64,000 bases of DNA from positions 1,248,001 to 1,312,000 of the forward strand of contig OY729416.1 of NCBI GenBank assembly GCA_963422265.1, given 5' to 3'. The notes under the pieces are model-generated. The model had not been told where the DNA came from. It did no database searches and was given only the letters and a program-made list of their open reading frames with translations. Made by a program: the position numbers and the translations under genes. Positions 43,514 to 54,795 of this stretch are shown piece after piece. Every line of letters begins with the position of its first letter. The stretch's first letter is position 1. This DNA is from Thermodesulfobacteriota bacterium (GTDB lineage Bacteria; Desulfobacterota_D; UBA1144; Nemesobacterales; UBA2774).

Positions 43514-46288
43514 TCAATGCGATTGGGACCAGTTGCGTCCAGTGCCGATGTCAACTTTGAGAGGAACGCTTAGTTCCCAGGCTCCTTCCATATCTTGCCT
43601 TACCACCTGAGATAAATCGTCTAGTTCCGTCTCTTTTGCCTCAAATAGCAATTCATCGTGAACCTGCAGAATCATACGGGCTTCATAGCCGTTTATTAGT
43701 CTCTTGTGTATCCTGACCATAGCTATTTTTATTATATCCGCCGCTGAGCCTTGAATCGGAGTATTCATCGCCATACGCTCCCCAAAACCCCTTCTATTTC
43801 TATCCCCAGATTGAAGCTCAGGTATGGGACGCCTGCGCCCCAAAATAGTCTCAGCGTATCCTTTATCCCGAGCTTCGGATATTGATTTCTCAATATATTC
43901 CTTTACGCTGTCATAGCGCCTGAAATATTCTTCAATATAACTCTTAGCTACCGACACTGAAGTGCCCAACTGCTTAGCAAGCCCAAAGGCACTTATTCCA
44001 TATATGATTCCGAAGTTAATATTCTTGGCAAACCTCCTCATTTCCGGCGTAACCATACCACCAGCAACGCCGAATATCTCCGACGCCGTCCTGTTGTGTA
44101 TATCGCTTCCCATTACAAAGGCTTCAACAAGGCTTTTATCTTGAGAAAAGTGCGCCAACAGCCTAAGCTCAATCTGAGAGTAGTCGGCGGAAAGTAGAAC
44201 ATACCCTTTCTCCGGAATAAAAGCCTCCCTAATTCTCTTTCCCTGCATAGTCTTAATAGGTATATTTTGAAGATTCGGATCGCTAGAGCTAAGCCTACCG
44301 GTAGAAGAACCTACCGGATTAAAAAAAGTATGAATCCTCCCCGTCTCACTATTTATGAGCTTTGGCAGAGAATCCACGTAAGTGGACTTGAGCTTTGATA
44401 AAGCCCTGTGCTCAAGAACCTTTTGGGGAACAGGATTGAGCTTGCTTAGATTGTTTAGAACCTCAACATCCGTCGAAGGCTCGCCTTTCTTCGTTAGCTT
44501 GCTCTTAGGAAGCCCCAGCGTATCAAAAAGAACTCTCCTCAACTGAAGGGGAGAATTAAGATTGAACTCATAACCAACTTTCGCATATATCTCTTTTGCC
44601 ACTTTTTCAAGGTATATCTCAAATTCATTTGACAATTCTTTAAGCCTCTCGGCATCCACTTTAACGCCATTCATCTCTACCTGCGCCAAAACCTGAATAA
44701 ACTCAAGCTCCACATCCTTAAATACTTGAGCGACTTTGATTTTTTCTAATTCAGGCTTCAGCACTCTACTCAGCATCATCGCCAAATTAGCTCTTTTGGA
44801 GGCGTATTCTTTTGCTGGCTCAAGTTCGAGCTCATCAAAGGTTATCCTAGATTTACCAACAGTGGTTACATCCTTGTAACTTACAATTCGGCGGTCAAGA
44901 TAGAGGCTTGACAATTCACCTAAACTGTAGCTGCCTCTAGATGAATCTATTATATGAGAGGCAATGATAGCATCAAAGGCAACGCTGCTCATATTAACGC
45001 CATATCTTTTCAGAACAACGATTTCGTGCTTGAGATTGTGCCCTACCTTGCTTATATATTTACTTTCTAATAAAGGCTTAACCTTTTCCAATACATAGGA
45101 AATATCTAGTTGTATAAACGAAGTATTGGACAGGTTATGGTGGGCAACCGGAACGTAGTAAGCCTCGTGCGAGACTGGACAGAGGGCTATACCAACGATT
45201 TGCGCAAGCATAGGCTTTGTTGAAGTAGTCTCAAGGGCTATTGCGACCTCACCTGTATCTTTGATCCGGCTTATCACTTTATCTAGTTCATCCACAGATA
45301 AAACGAGTCTATATTTTTCATGTGAAGCAGTAGTGCTATCTTCTGCAACATGCGCAGGGCCGCCTTGATCTTGCTGAATGGCTGAACCCGTTTCACTATG
45401 GTTATCTTTACCTGATGGGACTCGGGAACGTACTTCAGGTTCCCCAATCTCTCGTAGCAAATTCTTAAACTCAAGATCCCTAAATATTCGCCCTAGCTTT
45501 GCCTTATTTAACCCTTCATACTTAAAGCTCCAGACGTCTAGTCCCATTTGTATGTCCGTCTTGATGGTAAAAAGCCTCCTACTGAGCAAAGCGTCTTCCC
45601 TATTTTCTTCAATGAGCGCTCTCTGCCTACTCGTAACCTTATCCATATTTTCCAGTAAGCCGTCAAGAGAGCCAAACTCCGCTATAAGGCTAATAGCAGT
45701 CTTTTCACCTATTCCTTTCACTCCTGGAATATTATCAATTGCATCTCCGGCAAGGGCAAATACGTCTATTATCCTATTGGGAGTTACTCTATATTTTTTC
45801 ATAACCTCCTCAATACCAACTTGTCTATTCTTCATCGTATCAAGAAGAGTAACATTGGCTGAAACGAGCTGATAGAAGTCTTTGTCTCCAGTTACTAGAA
45901 CTACCTCCATGCCTTTCTGCTCCGCCACTTTCGCTATAGCTCCCATAACGTCGTCAGCCTCAAATCCATCTATCTGATACTGCGGGACGTTGAACCCATC
46001 TACTAGCTCAAAGATTTTAGAGAACTGGGGAACAAGGCCATCAGGGGGAGCGCTCCTGTTAGCTTTATACAGAGGATAAATTTTATTTCTAAAAGTATCC
46101 CCCTGTGAATCAAAAACGATGCCAAGGTATTGCGGGTTGTAGTCCTTCAAGAACTTAAACAGCATAGAAGCGAATCCATAGACCGCATTTGTCGGGAATC
46201 CCTTTGACGTGTTAAGGCTCTTAATCGCATAATAGGCTCGAAAGATATAAGAGCTACCATCTATAAGATACAAAACCGGCTTTCCCAT
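43514..46288 (-). CDS. polA: DNA polymerase I
   Basis: LIDGSSYIFRAYY, FEADD, DNIPGVKGIG, TGRLSSSDPNLQNIP, ADYSQIELR, NTPIQGSAAD, LQVHDEL. Confidence 0.98.
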   Translation of the reverse strand: MGKPVLYLIDGSSYIFRAYYAIKSLNTSKGFPTNAVYGFASMLFKFLKDYNPQYLGIVFDSQGDTFRNKIYPLYKANRSAPPDGLVPQFSKIFELVDGFNVPQYQIDGFEADDVMGAIAKVAEQKGMEVVLVTGDKDFYQLVSANVTLLDTMKNRQVGIEEVMKKYRVTPNRIIDVFALAGDAIDNIPGVKGIGEKTAISLIAEFGSLDGLLENMDKVTSRQRALIEENREDALLSRRLFTIKTDIQMGLDVWSFKYEGLNKAKLGRIFRDLEFKNLLREIGEPEVRSRVPSGKDNHSETGSAIQQDQGGPAHVAEDSTTASHEKYRLVLSVDELDKVISRIKDTGEVAIALETTSTKPMLAQIVGIALCPVSHEAYYVPVAHHNLSNTSFIQLDISYVLEKVKPLLESKYISKVGHNLKHEIVVLKRYGVNMSSVAFDAIIASHIIDSSRGSYSLGELSSLYLDRRIVSYKDVTTVGKSRITFDELELEPAKEYASKRANLAMMLSRVLKPELEKIKVAQVFKDVELEFIQVLAQVEMNGVKVDAERLKELSNEFEIYLEKVAKEIYAKVGYEFNLNSPLQLRRVLFDTLGLPKSKLTKKGEPSTDVEVLNNLSKLNPVPQKVLEHRALSKLKSTYVDSLPKLINSETGRIHTFFNPVGSSTGRLSSSDPNLQNIPIKTMQGKRIREAFIPEKGYVLLSADYSQIELRLLAHFSQDKSLVEAFVMGSDIHNRTASEIFGVAGGMVTPEMRRFAKNINFGIIYGISAFGLAKQLGTSVSVAKSYIEEYFRRYDSVKEYIEKSISEARDKGYAETILGRRRPIPELQSGDRNRRGFGERMAMNTPIQGSAADIIKIAMVRIHKRLINGYEARMILQVHDELLFEAKETELDDLSQVVRQDMEGAWELSVPLKVDIGTGRNWSQSH

Positions 46289-46347
46289 AATATTGTCCCC
46301 GACCCCTGAATAGAGGTATATGCAGAACTAGTCCTGGTATAGGTAAG

Positions 46348-46376
46348 AGTGTAGGTTCTAAAGAGTAGAGTGTCAA
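46348..46376 (-). promoter_or_regulatory. Sigma70-like promoter for polA
   Basis: TTGACA-N17-TACACT on minus strand. Confidence 0.6.
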
Positions 46377-46448
46377 AAAGACGGTAGGATATGCACGCTC
46401 GTAGTGCAAAAATATAGCGTTTTTAGTTATCCTTAATCTTGGTATCTC

Positions 46449-48266
46449 ATGAATATAACAAAAAATAGATTGAGACATCTTCCGACTTCCACGGGGATTT
46501 ATTTGCTAAAAGATAAAATAGGGGAAACTCTATATATAGGAAAGGCTAAAAATTTAAGAAGCCGTATATTCTCATATCTAAACCAAGAAGAAAATGCTCA
46601 GCGTCCCCATATAGCGCATCTTATGAGAGAGGTGCAGGACGTGGAGTACGTTGTAACGAATAATGAGCGTGCAGCACTTTTACTCGAGAACTCTCTCATA
46701 AAACAGAAGAAGCCCAAATATAATATACGGCTCAAGGACGACAAAAATTACTTGTCCTTGAGACTAGATATAAGAGAGGCGGTCCCAAGGCTTGCGCTGA
46801 CGAGACGGGTACTAAGAGACGGCGCATTATATTATGGTCCGTTCACCTCAGCGGATGCTATTAAGAAAACGAAACGGCTGATTCATAAAGTATTTCCACT
46901 CCGCGATTGCACAGATGAAAAGTTTAGGCGTCATTCCCTCAGACCATGTCTTAATTATTATATGAAACAATGTTTGGGACCCTGCACTAAGAAGTCGGAC
47001 GACAAAAAATACAGGGCGGTAGTTGAACAGGTAAGAATGTTTCTTAAAGGAGAAAAGAAGCAGGTTACTAATCTCATCAAAGAAAATATGGAAAGAGCTT
47101 CTGAAGAGACGAGGTTTGAGGATGCTGCGCATTATAGGGATCAACTTAGGCTTCTCGAAAAAAATATCTCATCTAGAATGTTTGTTACGCCGAACACTCA
47201 AGATATGGACGTCGTAGGCCTCTACAGACAGGGACACGTTGCAGAATTCGCCATACTCTTTTTGAGGGGCGGGAGCTTGGTGGACAGAGAAGCGTATTCA
47301 TTTACGAAAGTGGCAGGGACCCACGAAGAGATACTAGAAGACTTTCTATCACAGTTTTACGGCAGTAACAGATTTATACCCAATAAGATTATCATTCCTT
47401 TTGTAACAGGGGATAAGCTGGCTCTTTCCCAGATTCTTACAGAAAAACAAGGACGCAAGGTGAGTATAGAGGTGCCTAAACGGGGAGAAAGACTTAAACT
47501 CGCTAACCTCGCAAATATAAATGCGGCAGAGAATTTCCAAAGAAAAAGCACCGAACACTTAAACAAAATAGATCTACTTAAAAGGATCAAATCGTTTCTA
47601 CACCTACCTCGCCTTCCAGTCTCAATTGAATGTTGCGATATTTCAAATATTCAGGGGTCTATAACAGTCGCTTCTATAATAAGATTTGAAAATGGAGAGC
47701 CTGTAAAGGATAAATACAAGAGATTCAGAATCAAAACGGTTAAGGGTCCTGATGATTATTCCAGTATGCATGAGGCGTTATCAAGAAGGTTTGCAAGAGT
47801 TGATCAGGACGGATGGGAGGCTCCCGACCTGATGTTGATAGATGGCGGAAAAGGGCAACTCAACATAGCCCATCAAGTTTTAGATGAGATTGGATACCTA
47901 GACAAGGTTGGCATTGCCTCAATAGCTAAAGGGAAAGAGGAAGGAGAAGTTGATAAAGTTTATATGCACTGCAGTAGAACTCCAGCAGTGCTCTCCAGGA
48001 ACTCGCATCTACTACTCCTTTTGATGCGTATTAGGGATGAGGCACACCGGTTTGCTATTACTTACCATAAAAAACTAAGGAGCAAGGAAACCCTTAGATC
48101 CGAGCTAGATGGGGTGCCCGGCATAGGGATTAAACGCAAGAGAGCACTGATAAAACGGTTTGGAAGCATCTCAAAGATTAGAGAAGCTTCGGTGAATGAA
48201 ATTGCTTCTGTTCCTGGAGTAAATGAAAGACTTGCAGAAAATCTTAAGAATCACCTTTCTTACTAA
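46449..48266 (+). CDS. uvrC: Excinuclease ABC subunit C
   Basis: [47 protein letters not shown], HhH. Confidence 0.97.
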   Translation: MNITKNRLRHLPTSTGIYLLKDKIGETLYIGKAKNLRSRIFSYLNQEENAQRPHIAHLMREVQDVEYVVTNNERAALLLENSLIKQKKPKYNIRLKDDKNYLSLRLDIREAVPRLALTRRVLRDGALYYGPFTSADAIKKTKRLIHKVFPLRDCTDEKFRRHSLRPCLNYYMKQCLGPCTKKSDDKKYRAVVEQVRMFLKGEKKQVTNLIKENMERASEETRFEDAAHYRDQLRLLEKNISSRMFVTPNTQDMDVVGLYRQGHVAEFAILFLRGGSLVDREAYSFTKVAGTHEEILEDFLSQFYGSNRFIPNKIIIPFVTGDKLALSQILTEKQGRKVSIEVPKRGERLKLANLANINAAENFQRKSTEHLNKIDLLKRIKSFLHLPRLPVSIECCDISNIQGSITVASIIRFENGEPVKDKYKRFRIKTVKGPDDYSSMHEALSRRFARVDQDGWEAPDLMLIDGGKGQLNIAHQVLDEIGYLDKVGIASIAKGKEEGEVDKVYMHCSRTPAVLSRNSHLLLLLMRIRDEAHRFAITYHKKLRSKETLRSELDGVPGIGIKRKRALIKRFGSISKIREASVNEIASVPGVNERLAENLKNHLSY

Positions 48267-50268
48267 TTTCACCAGCGTACTTCATCTCGAGTTCCCTCAA
48301 TTCTTTTATTTGATCTCGCTTTTTTGCGGCTATCTCATATTCTAGATTCTTAGCCGCCTCCTTCATTTCCTTGCTTAAGACATTTATTTCGCTAGGAATT
48401 TGTTCAGGAAGAACGTTTAAGAATTCCTCACTCTTAGGTTCTTTAGCAACTGTGTAGTAATCCGCCTCATATATACTTGATAGTATATCATTGACCGATT
48501 TGTTGACTCCAGTTGCAGTGATACCGTTTTCCCGATTGTATTTCTCCTGAATCTTCCTTCTTCTGTTTGTCTCCGAAATAGCACCCGACATCGAAGACGT
48601 GACCTTATCCGCATATAAAATCACTTGTCCATCTACATTCCTCGCAGTTCTACCAAACATCTGTATAAGGGAGGTCTCAGAGCGGAGATACCCCTCTTTG
48701 TCAGCGTCAAGTATGGCAACAAGCGATACCTCAGGTATGTCCAAACCCTCTCTTAATAAATTAATTCCCACAAGAACGTCAAATTTTCCAAGTCTCAAAT
48801 CCCTCAATATGGCTATCCTCTCAAGCGTATTAATGTCTGAGTGCAGGTAATGCACTTTTACTCCAAGCTCTTTGTAGTAAAAAGTTAAGTCTTCCGCCAT
48901 TCTTTTGGTAAGAGTGGTAACGAGAGACCTGCTTCCCTTCTCAGCTCTTCTCCTTATTTCTTCTAACAAGTCATCTACCTGATTGTTAACGGGTCTTATT
49001 TCAACCTTAGGATCGGCAAGCCCAGTGGGGCGTATAATTTGCTCTGTTATAGCACCTTCCGCTTTGTCTATTTCATAAGTACCGGGGGTCGCAGAAACAT
49101 ATATCGTCTGCGGCATTTTTTCTTCAAACTCAGAGAAGTTAAGGGGCCTATTATCTAAGGCTGAAGGCAGCCTGAAACCATGCTCCACTAGATTCATCTT
49201 CCTACTCCTGTCCCCCCCATACATTGCCCTCAACTGCGGAATCATCTGGTGACTCTCGTCAATTATCATTAAAAAATCTTTGGGAAAGTAATCAAGTAAA
49301 GTCCATGGGGGCTGCCCAGCTAATCTTCCAGAAATATGCCTTGAATAATTTTCAATACCTGGACAAAAACCCATATTTCTAAGAAGCTCTAGGTCATAAT
49401 TTGTCTTTTCTTCAAGTCTTTGTCTCTCCACCAGCATTTTCCGCGCTTCAAGGTATTTGAGCCTTTCCGCAAGCTCTTTTTCTATGTTCTCAATTGCCCT
49501 TTCATGCCTATATTTAGGGGCTGCGTAGTGAGAACCAGGATATATCGCCGCTTTTGCAAGAGGCCTTAAAGTCTTCCCCCTAACTGGATCTATTTCTCTT
49601 AGTGAATCTACTTGATTCCCAAAAAACTCTATTCTTAGAGCAGTCTTATCATAGTGAGATGGAAAAACATCCACGATATTTCCCTTCACACGAAAACTGT
49701 TCCTATGCAGATCAACCCCTACTCTTTCATATTGAATTTCCGCAAGCTTGTCCACCAACTCATCTCTATCAAGCTCCATACCATTCTTAACTACCGTGAG
49801 AAGGCTATAATAGTGCATAGGAGCACCAATCCCATATATACATGATACGCTAGCCACTATTATTACACCCCTTCCTTCAAAGAGCGACGTGGTAGAAGCA
49901 TGGCGCAATCTATCTATATGCTCATTAACCTGAGCGTCTTTTTCTATGTAGGTATCAGTTGACGGTATATAGGCTTCAGGCTGATAGTAATCATAATAGC
50001 TCACAAAATATCTAACTGCATTTTGCGGGAACAGATCTTTTAATTCTCCATAGAGCTGTGCTGCTAAGGTCTTATTATGGGCGATAATTAGGGTGGGTCG
50101 CTCTAAAATTGCAATTACGTTCGCAACTGTGAACGTCTTGCCACTACCAGTAACTCCGAGAAGTACTTGATGCTTGTCACCTCGGAGGACGCCCTCGGTA
50201 AGCTCTTTGATTGCGTCTGGCTGATCACCAGTTGGGTAAAACTCAGAATGTAGCTTAAAGATGTCCAC
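48244..50268 (-). CDS. uvrB: Excinuclease ABC subunit B
   Basis: [40 protein letters not shown]; 23-nt convergent overlap with uvrC. Confidence 0.98.
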   Translation of the reverse strand: MDIFKLHSEFYPTGDQPDAIKELTEGVLRGDKHQVLLGVTGSGKTFTVANVIAILERPTLIIAHNKTLAAQLYGELKDLFPQNAVRYFVSYYDYYQPEAYIPSTDTYIEKDAQVNEHIDRLRHASTTSLFEGRGVIIVASVSCIYGIGAPMHYYSLLTVVKNGMELDRDELVDKLAEIQYERVGVDLHRNSFRVKGNIVDVFPSHYDKTALRIEFFGNQVDSLREIDPVRGKTLRPLAKAAIYPGSHYAAPKYRHERAIENIEKELAERLKYLEARKMLVERQRLEEKTNYDLELLRNMGFCPGIENYSRHISGRLAGQPPWTLLDYFPKDFLMIIDESHQMIPQLRAMYGGDRSRKMNLVEHGFRLPSALDNRPLNFSEFEEKMPQTIYVSATPGTYEIDKAEGAITEQIIRPTGLADPKVEIRPVNNQVDDLLEEIRRRAEKGSRSLVTTLTKRMAEDLTFYYKELGVKVHYLHSDINTLERIAILRDLRLGKFDVLVGINLLREGLDIPEVSLVAILDADKEGYLRSETSLIQMFGRTARNVDGQVILYADKVTSSMSGAISETNRRRKIQEKYNRENGITATGVNKSVNDILSSIYEADYYTVAKEPKSEEFLNVLPEQIPSEINVLSKEMKEAAKNLEYEIAAKKRDQIKELRELEMKYAGEISKKGDS

Positions 50269-50437
50269 TATGTAAAGATGGATTCATAACCAGAGATGGG
50301 AATCACCCCCATTACACAGGTAGATGAAAAGCATATTTGCACATGTTGTAAGTGAAGCATAGATTACAGAACTCCAACTCCATGCATTTAGAATGACGGT
50401 TTTCACCTTTTAACGTTATCTATCTCTCACCAGCAAC

Positions 50438-50977
50438 CTACTGATACTGTAGGTGAAGCTCAGGAACCCTTTCCTCTATCCTCTTTTCTTTATCTCTTTC
50501 CTCACCCTCCAATAATGCCATATCCTCGGGCACCCCAATTATTCGCCGCAAGGATTTTAACTCTTGTTTTGTCCGCTTACGGCTTTGCTTCATCTTTTTG
50601 CTTCTAACACGCAACTCCCGCAATATATCTGACATGCTCTCCCGGTCACCCTCACTTACGTAACTAATCCGACCCCGTCGGGACATCATATCTCGGACAA
50701 ATCTATACTTATCATACTCCTCATCCGGTATAAAGTTATCTAAAAATCTATAAGCCTCCTCTATTATCTCACGTTCCCCTATATAGTCTTCGTGAAGCAA
50801 GTATATACCCATTGCGTGGCGTATTACCCCCACCGAATAAGGCAACATAGATTCTGGTAATGCCCACGGAAGTATGTTAAGCGCTCGCGCTCCTTTTCCA
50901 CGTTTAATCAACTCTAATACTTCCCCATACTTACTCAGCACTTCCCCAGGATGTAGCCCTTCTTGTTTCTGTTTCAT
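50438..50977 (-). CDS. Hypothetical protein (helical, coiled-coil C-terminus)
   Basis: 179-aa ORF with purine-rich RBS region and own predicted promoter; no family recognised. Confidence 0.65.
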   Translation of the reverse strand: MKQKQEGLHPGEVLSKYGEVLELIKRGKGARALNILPWALPESMLPYSVGVIRHAMGIYLLHEDYIGEREIIEEAYRFLDNFIPDEEYDKYRFVRDMMSRRGRISYVSEGDRESMSDILRELRVRSKKMKQSRKRTKQELKSLRRIIGVPEDMALLEGEERDKEKRIEERVPELHLQYQ

Positions 50978-51023
50978 TCTGTTACTTCCCTCTATCCTTT
51001 TTGCACTGTCTTCTTATACCACA

Positions 51024-51053
51024 ATTATATGACATAGAATGACGATATGTCTA
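51024..51053 (-). promoter_or_regulatory. Promoter with overlapping palindrome
   Basis: TAGACA-N18-TATAAT; inverted repeat GACATA-N9-TATGTC at 51031-51051. Confidence 0.5.
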
Positions 51054-51138
51054 TATAGTGTGGTGTGATATGAACTCACTACACCTTATACCTATTCTTC
51101 TCCATAATACCCATTCTTCTCCATAACCCCTACTACAT

Positions 51139-51179
51139 AAAAAAAGCAGGAGCCCCTTATATCACAAAGAGACCCCTGC
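51139..51179 (-). terminator. Intrinsic terminator after ADC-like pair
   Basis: GCAGGGGTCTCTT-loop-AAGGGGCTCCTGC-T7; 13-bp stem with three G-U pairs. Confidence 0.85.
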
Positions 51180-51222
51180 CACTTTACTTATATTAATCGC
51201 CTGCTCTCCTAAATACTACAAC

Positions 51223-52194
51223 CTACCCCTGTGAATACTGTGGCAACAAGAACCTATGGCGCATCGTATACTTAAACGGCGTAGAATACAATATCTGACC
51301 CAAATCATCATCACCACGCTCTACCGTCTTACTCCATATCGTTAACGCAGGTGGTATTATCAAATTAAACGTGAAACTTATCAATCCCACTACCTCAGTC
51401 GCAGGTATCTGACCACCCATAAAATCAAATGGAGTCCCTGACATATACCACGAACGTATATCTCCACCCGTAGCCGTCCGGATACTCTCAGGATTTAACT
51501 GAAAACGATGCCCTGTCCCAAAACCAGGTGGTAAGTCTGATGGCAAATACGTTACCTCATGGATACTGTTACTTACATCAGGCCGCGTCGTTATCCTGTA
51601 ATTCATTCGACCCCAATCCGTCTTACCATAAAACGTCGGCCGCGTCGATAACGGCTTGTCAGAATACCGCCCATTAGCCGTGTGTAGTATATATCCCCTA
51701 CGCTCCATCAAATGATTAAAATAATTGTTGTTCGTCCCATGCTCAAAACCCGCTATATATGCAGCCTTCTTTGGAAATCCAAACGGCTCCTTACCCGCAA
51801 ATATAGGAGAATCATTAGACAAATACATATATGGATAATATCCAGCCTTGTATATCTGCCCATCTCCTGAATCTACCGTAGCTGAAAACGTTACTCCCAT
51901 CTCCATATACGGACCCAACATCGTGTTACGATGTATCACATACCAAAACTCTATTACATCATCCTGCACCTCTATCGGCTCAGGAACTACCGCCTTCATA
52001 CTGCTTATGTCCGCTCGTACTACATAAGCCATCCAACGACTCTCTGTATACGTCAACGGTATTATGTCATAGTCAAATACAGGATCCGCCACACCTTGAG
52101 ATATGATGTGAATCCTATCCCTATCTCGAGGCAAAGGTGGTACCTCCCCCTCTGCCAACCATGGATAGCTATATTCATTCGCTTGTAATCCCAT
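51223..52194 (-). CDS. Acetoacetate decarboxylase-like superfamily protein (paralogue B)
   Basis: VPEPIEV, MLGPYMEMGV, YYPYMYL, AGKEPFGFPKK (Schiff-base Lys motif); AGGAGG RBS. Confidence 0.82.
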   Translation of the reverse strand: MGLQANEYSYPWLAEGEVPPLPRDRDRIHIISQGVADPVFDYDIIPLTYTESRWMAYVVRADISSMKAVVPEPIEVQDDVIEFWYVIHRNTMLGPYMEMGVTFSATVDSGDGQIYKAGYYPYMYLSNDSPIFAGKEPFGFPKKAAYIAGFEHGTNNNYFNHLMERRGYILHTANGRYSDKPLSTRPTFYGKTDWGRMNYRITTRPDVSNSIHEVTYLPSDLPPGFGTGHRFQLNPESIRTATGGDIRSWYMSGTPFDFMGGQIPATEVVGLISFTFNLIIPPALTIWSKTVERGDDDLGQILYSTPFKYTMRHRFLLPQYSQG

Positions 52195-52248
52195 TGCTTT
52201 TAACCTCCTAATTTCGTTTTTGTTTCTCTCCTCTAAAACTACTCACCC

Positions 52249-53220
52249 CTATGACCCCTGACTGATTGGAAACTGCTGACGTAATCCATACTTATATGGC
52301 GTCGCATATCCACGATAACTCGCAGGACGCTCATATGTCTCCGTCCATAATACATTCGCAGGAGGTATGATTAAATCAAATACAAACGATATCAAACCCG
52401 TTACCTCCTGTACCTTTAGCTCTGCTCCCATATTGTCAAATGGCGTCGCCTGCATAAACCAGTTTATCGCATCTCCAGACGCCGTCCGCGTGTGCTCAGG
52501 CTTGATCTGAAAACGATGCCCCTTTACGTTAAATATCGCAGGTAACTCCGATGGCAAATACGTTAACTGCCACTCTGAACTAGATACGTCCGGACGCGTT
52601 ATTACCTTCATGTTAAACTTGCCCCAGTCCACCTTACCATAAAAATGTGGCGGCGTTACTTGCTTGTCGTCAAACTGACCCGTCGCACTGTGCATCAAAT
52701 ACCCATTCCGAGACATAGCAAATCCAAAGAAATCCGTCCCCTTCTCTCCACCGTGTACCGTGCAACGTATATATGACATCTTCTTCGGAAATCCTAATAC
52801 TCGCCCCGCATCTACAGGCGCATCGCCCGTCAAATACATATACGGATAATATCCAGCCTTGTACACATTACCACGTGGATCCTTATACGTCGCCGATATC
52901 GTTACTCCAAACTCCAAATATGGACCCAACATCGTGTTCTTATGATCCACATACCAAAACTCTACTAAATCAGCATTCTCCCCATCCCATACCTCTAATG
53001 GCGGATTCGGACATAAACGCTGACGCGTACCCTCATCCACCCTTACTACAAACGCCGACCAACGACTATCTGTATATGTCAGAGGAAGAACGTCTATATC
53101 CCACAACGGATCCGATGGATTCGCTATGATCCATGACTTTATGTCACGCTCTATTGGAGGAGGTGGAACCTCCTTCGTGAGTTCCCAATACTTCGTAGGA
53201 ACGTTAAGATGACTTGGCAT
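52249..53220 (-). CDS. Acetoacetate decarboxylase-like superfamily protein (paralogue A)
   Basis: PPLEV, MLGPYLEFGV, YYPYMYL, AGRVLGFPKK; AAGGAGG RBS. Confidence 0.82.
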   Translation of the reverse strand: MPSHLNVPTKYWELTKEVPPPPIERDIKSWIIANPSDPLWDIDVLPLTYTDSRWSAFVVRVDEGTRQRLCPNPPLEVWDGENADLVEFWYVDHKNTMLGPYLEFGVTISATYKDPRGNVYKAGYYPYMYLTGDAPVDAGRVLGFPKKMSYIRCTVHGGEKGTDFFGFAMSRNGYLMHSATGQFDDKQVTPPHFYGKVDWGKFNMKVITRPDVSSSEWQLTYLPSELPAIFNVKGHRFQIKPEHTRTASGDAINWFMQATPFDNMGAELKVQEVTGLISFVFDLIIPPANVLWTETYERPASYRGYATPYKYGLRQQFPISQGS

Positions 53221-53404
53221 AGTCTTAATACCTCCTTACTTAAATAGTTTTTTGACCAGATTACCAACCCTTCTATATCATCTACATCTCTATATCATCT
53301 AATACCACTCTATACGATAAACTATAATACAATAACACTAATTATTATACAATCTAATTGCTCCTACTTAATCCTACCTATCTAACACCTACCTAATAAT
53401 ACCA

Positions 53405-53434
53405 CTTATAACAAATCCCATCACTCCTTGTCAA
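53405..53434 (-). promoter_or_regulatory. Promoter for ADC-like pair
   Basis: TTGACA-N15-TGT-TATAAG, followed by ~180-nt C-poor leader. Confidence 0.55.
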
Positions 53435-53534
53435 GAACTATTTGTTAAATTACAGAGAATAGCTGACGATAGCCAGAAGCTGAACATTAACGAGTGAAAT
53501 TATGAAAAAACAACAAACCTAAAACTAATAACAA

Positions 53535-54686
53535 CTATTTACCTAAGATGCTAACAACACAAGTAATGCCATCCATGGCTGGTTGCGCTCCACCCATTGT
53601 TTCTATTATCCCTACTTTAGCCCCCTCCTGCTGACGTTCACCAGCTTCACCCCTCAACTGCCATACTATCTCCGCCGTCTGCAGAAGCCCTGTCGCCCCT
53701 ACTGGGTGACCTCGAGATAGAAGCCCTCCACCTGGATTAACTGCTACTCCCCCCCCGTTTACCCAAGTACTTCTATCCTCTATTAGCTTACCACCTTCTC
53801 CCTTCTCGCAAAATCCTAGAGCTTCATACACCATCATCTCTGCTATAGAAAACGCATCGTGTATTTCCGCTACGTCCATATCCTCAGGACCTAGCCCTGC
53901 TTGCTCATACGCCATTCTTGACGTCCGCATCACGTTCTCTGAAGGATCGCAAGTGAGACCCTTTGGACTTGAGTACTTCCCTGATTGAGCTACACAACCC
54001 AACACCTTGATTGGTTCCTTCGTAGCTAGCTTATCCACTAACTTCTCTGAGCATAGTACCGCTGACGCCGAAGCATCACCTACAGGACAACACATGTTGC
54101 GCGTTAGAGGATCTGCTATCATCGGCGAGTTTAGCACATCTTCTATCGTAACTTCTTTCCGATATTGGGCTAATGGATTCAAGGACGCATGATGACGGCT
54201 TTTTACCACTACTTTCGCCAACTGCTCCGGCGTAACCCCGTATTCCGACATGTACCGCTTCGCCCGCATCGCATATAGACCAGGCATTCCCATTCCCAAC
54301 GACACCTCTATATCATCTTCTTCTAAAGGCAAAGGTCCACCCGATAGCACCCTGCTTAAATTCTCTATACCCAAAGCTAAAGCTATGTCATATTGACCAA
54401 AAGCTATTGTTCTCCATGCCTCCCAAAAAGAAAGAGTGCCACTTCCGCATGCCCCCTCAACGTTTATTGTCGGCTGACCAACCAACCCTATCTCTTTAAG
54501 AGTCCTTTGACCTACTCCCATCCCCTGATATACGTGTCCACAAAACGCTATCTCTATCTTCCTAGGATGAATACCTGCATCCTGTATCGCCGCCCATGCT
54601 GACTCGCGTCCTAAAACATGCGCAGGCTTATCAGGAAATCTCCCACAAGCAGTAGTTCCTACCCCTATGATATATACATCTTGCAT
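53535..54686 (-). CDS. SCP2-type thiolase family protein (catalytic Cys present)
   Basis: NVEGACGSG, AEIHDAF, GGLLSRGHPVGATG, QLRGEAGERQ. Confidence 0.9.
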   Translation of the reverse strand: MQDVYIIGVGTTACGRFPDKPAHVLGRESAWAAIQDAGIHPRKIEIAFCGHVYQGMGVGQRTLKEIGLVGQPTINVEGACGSGTLSFWEAWRTIAFGQYDIALALGIENLSRVLSGGPLPLEEDDIEVSLGMGMPGLYAMRAKRYMSEYGVTPEQLAKVVVKSRHHASLNPLAQYRKEVTIEDVLNSPMIADPLTRNMCCPVGDASASAVLCSEKLVDKLATKEPIKVLGCVAQSGKYSSPKGLTCDPSENVMRTSRMAYEQAGLGPEDMDVAEIHDAFSIAEMMVYEALGFCEKGEGGKLIEDRSTWVNGGGVAVNPGGGLLSRGHPVGATGLLQTAEIVWQLRGEAGERQQEGAKVGIIETMGGAQPAMDGITCVVSILGK

Positions 54687-54706
54687 TTGTAGAAATCCCT
54701 CCTGTT

Positions 54707-54771
54707 AAAAAAAAAGGGGGGAAGGGGAGGTGGCGAGGTTTATCCTTCTCATGCCACTTCCCTATCCCACC
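54707..54771 (-). terminator. Intrinsic terminator after AmiS/UreI gene
   Basis: GGGAAGTGGC..GAG / CTC.GCCACCTCCC long imperfect stem followed by T9; RBS of next gene lies just downstream. Confidence 0.75.
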
Positions 54772-54795
54772 AATACTCTTATCCACACTTATACT

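Noticed and set aside
51223-53220. DGR template/variable repeat pair
   Set aside because: Similarity spans two full-length paralogues, differences are not adenine-specific, and no reverse transcriptase is present.
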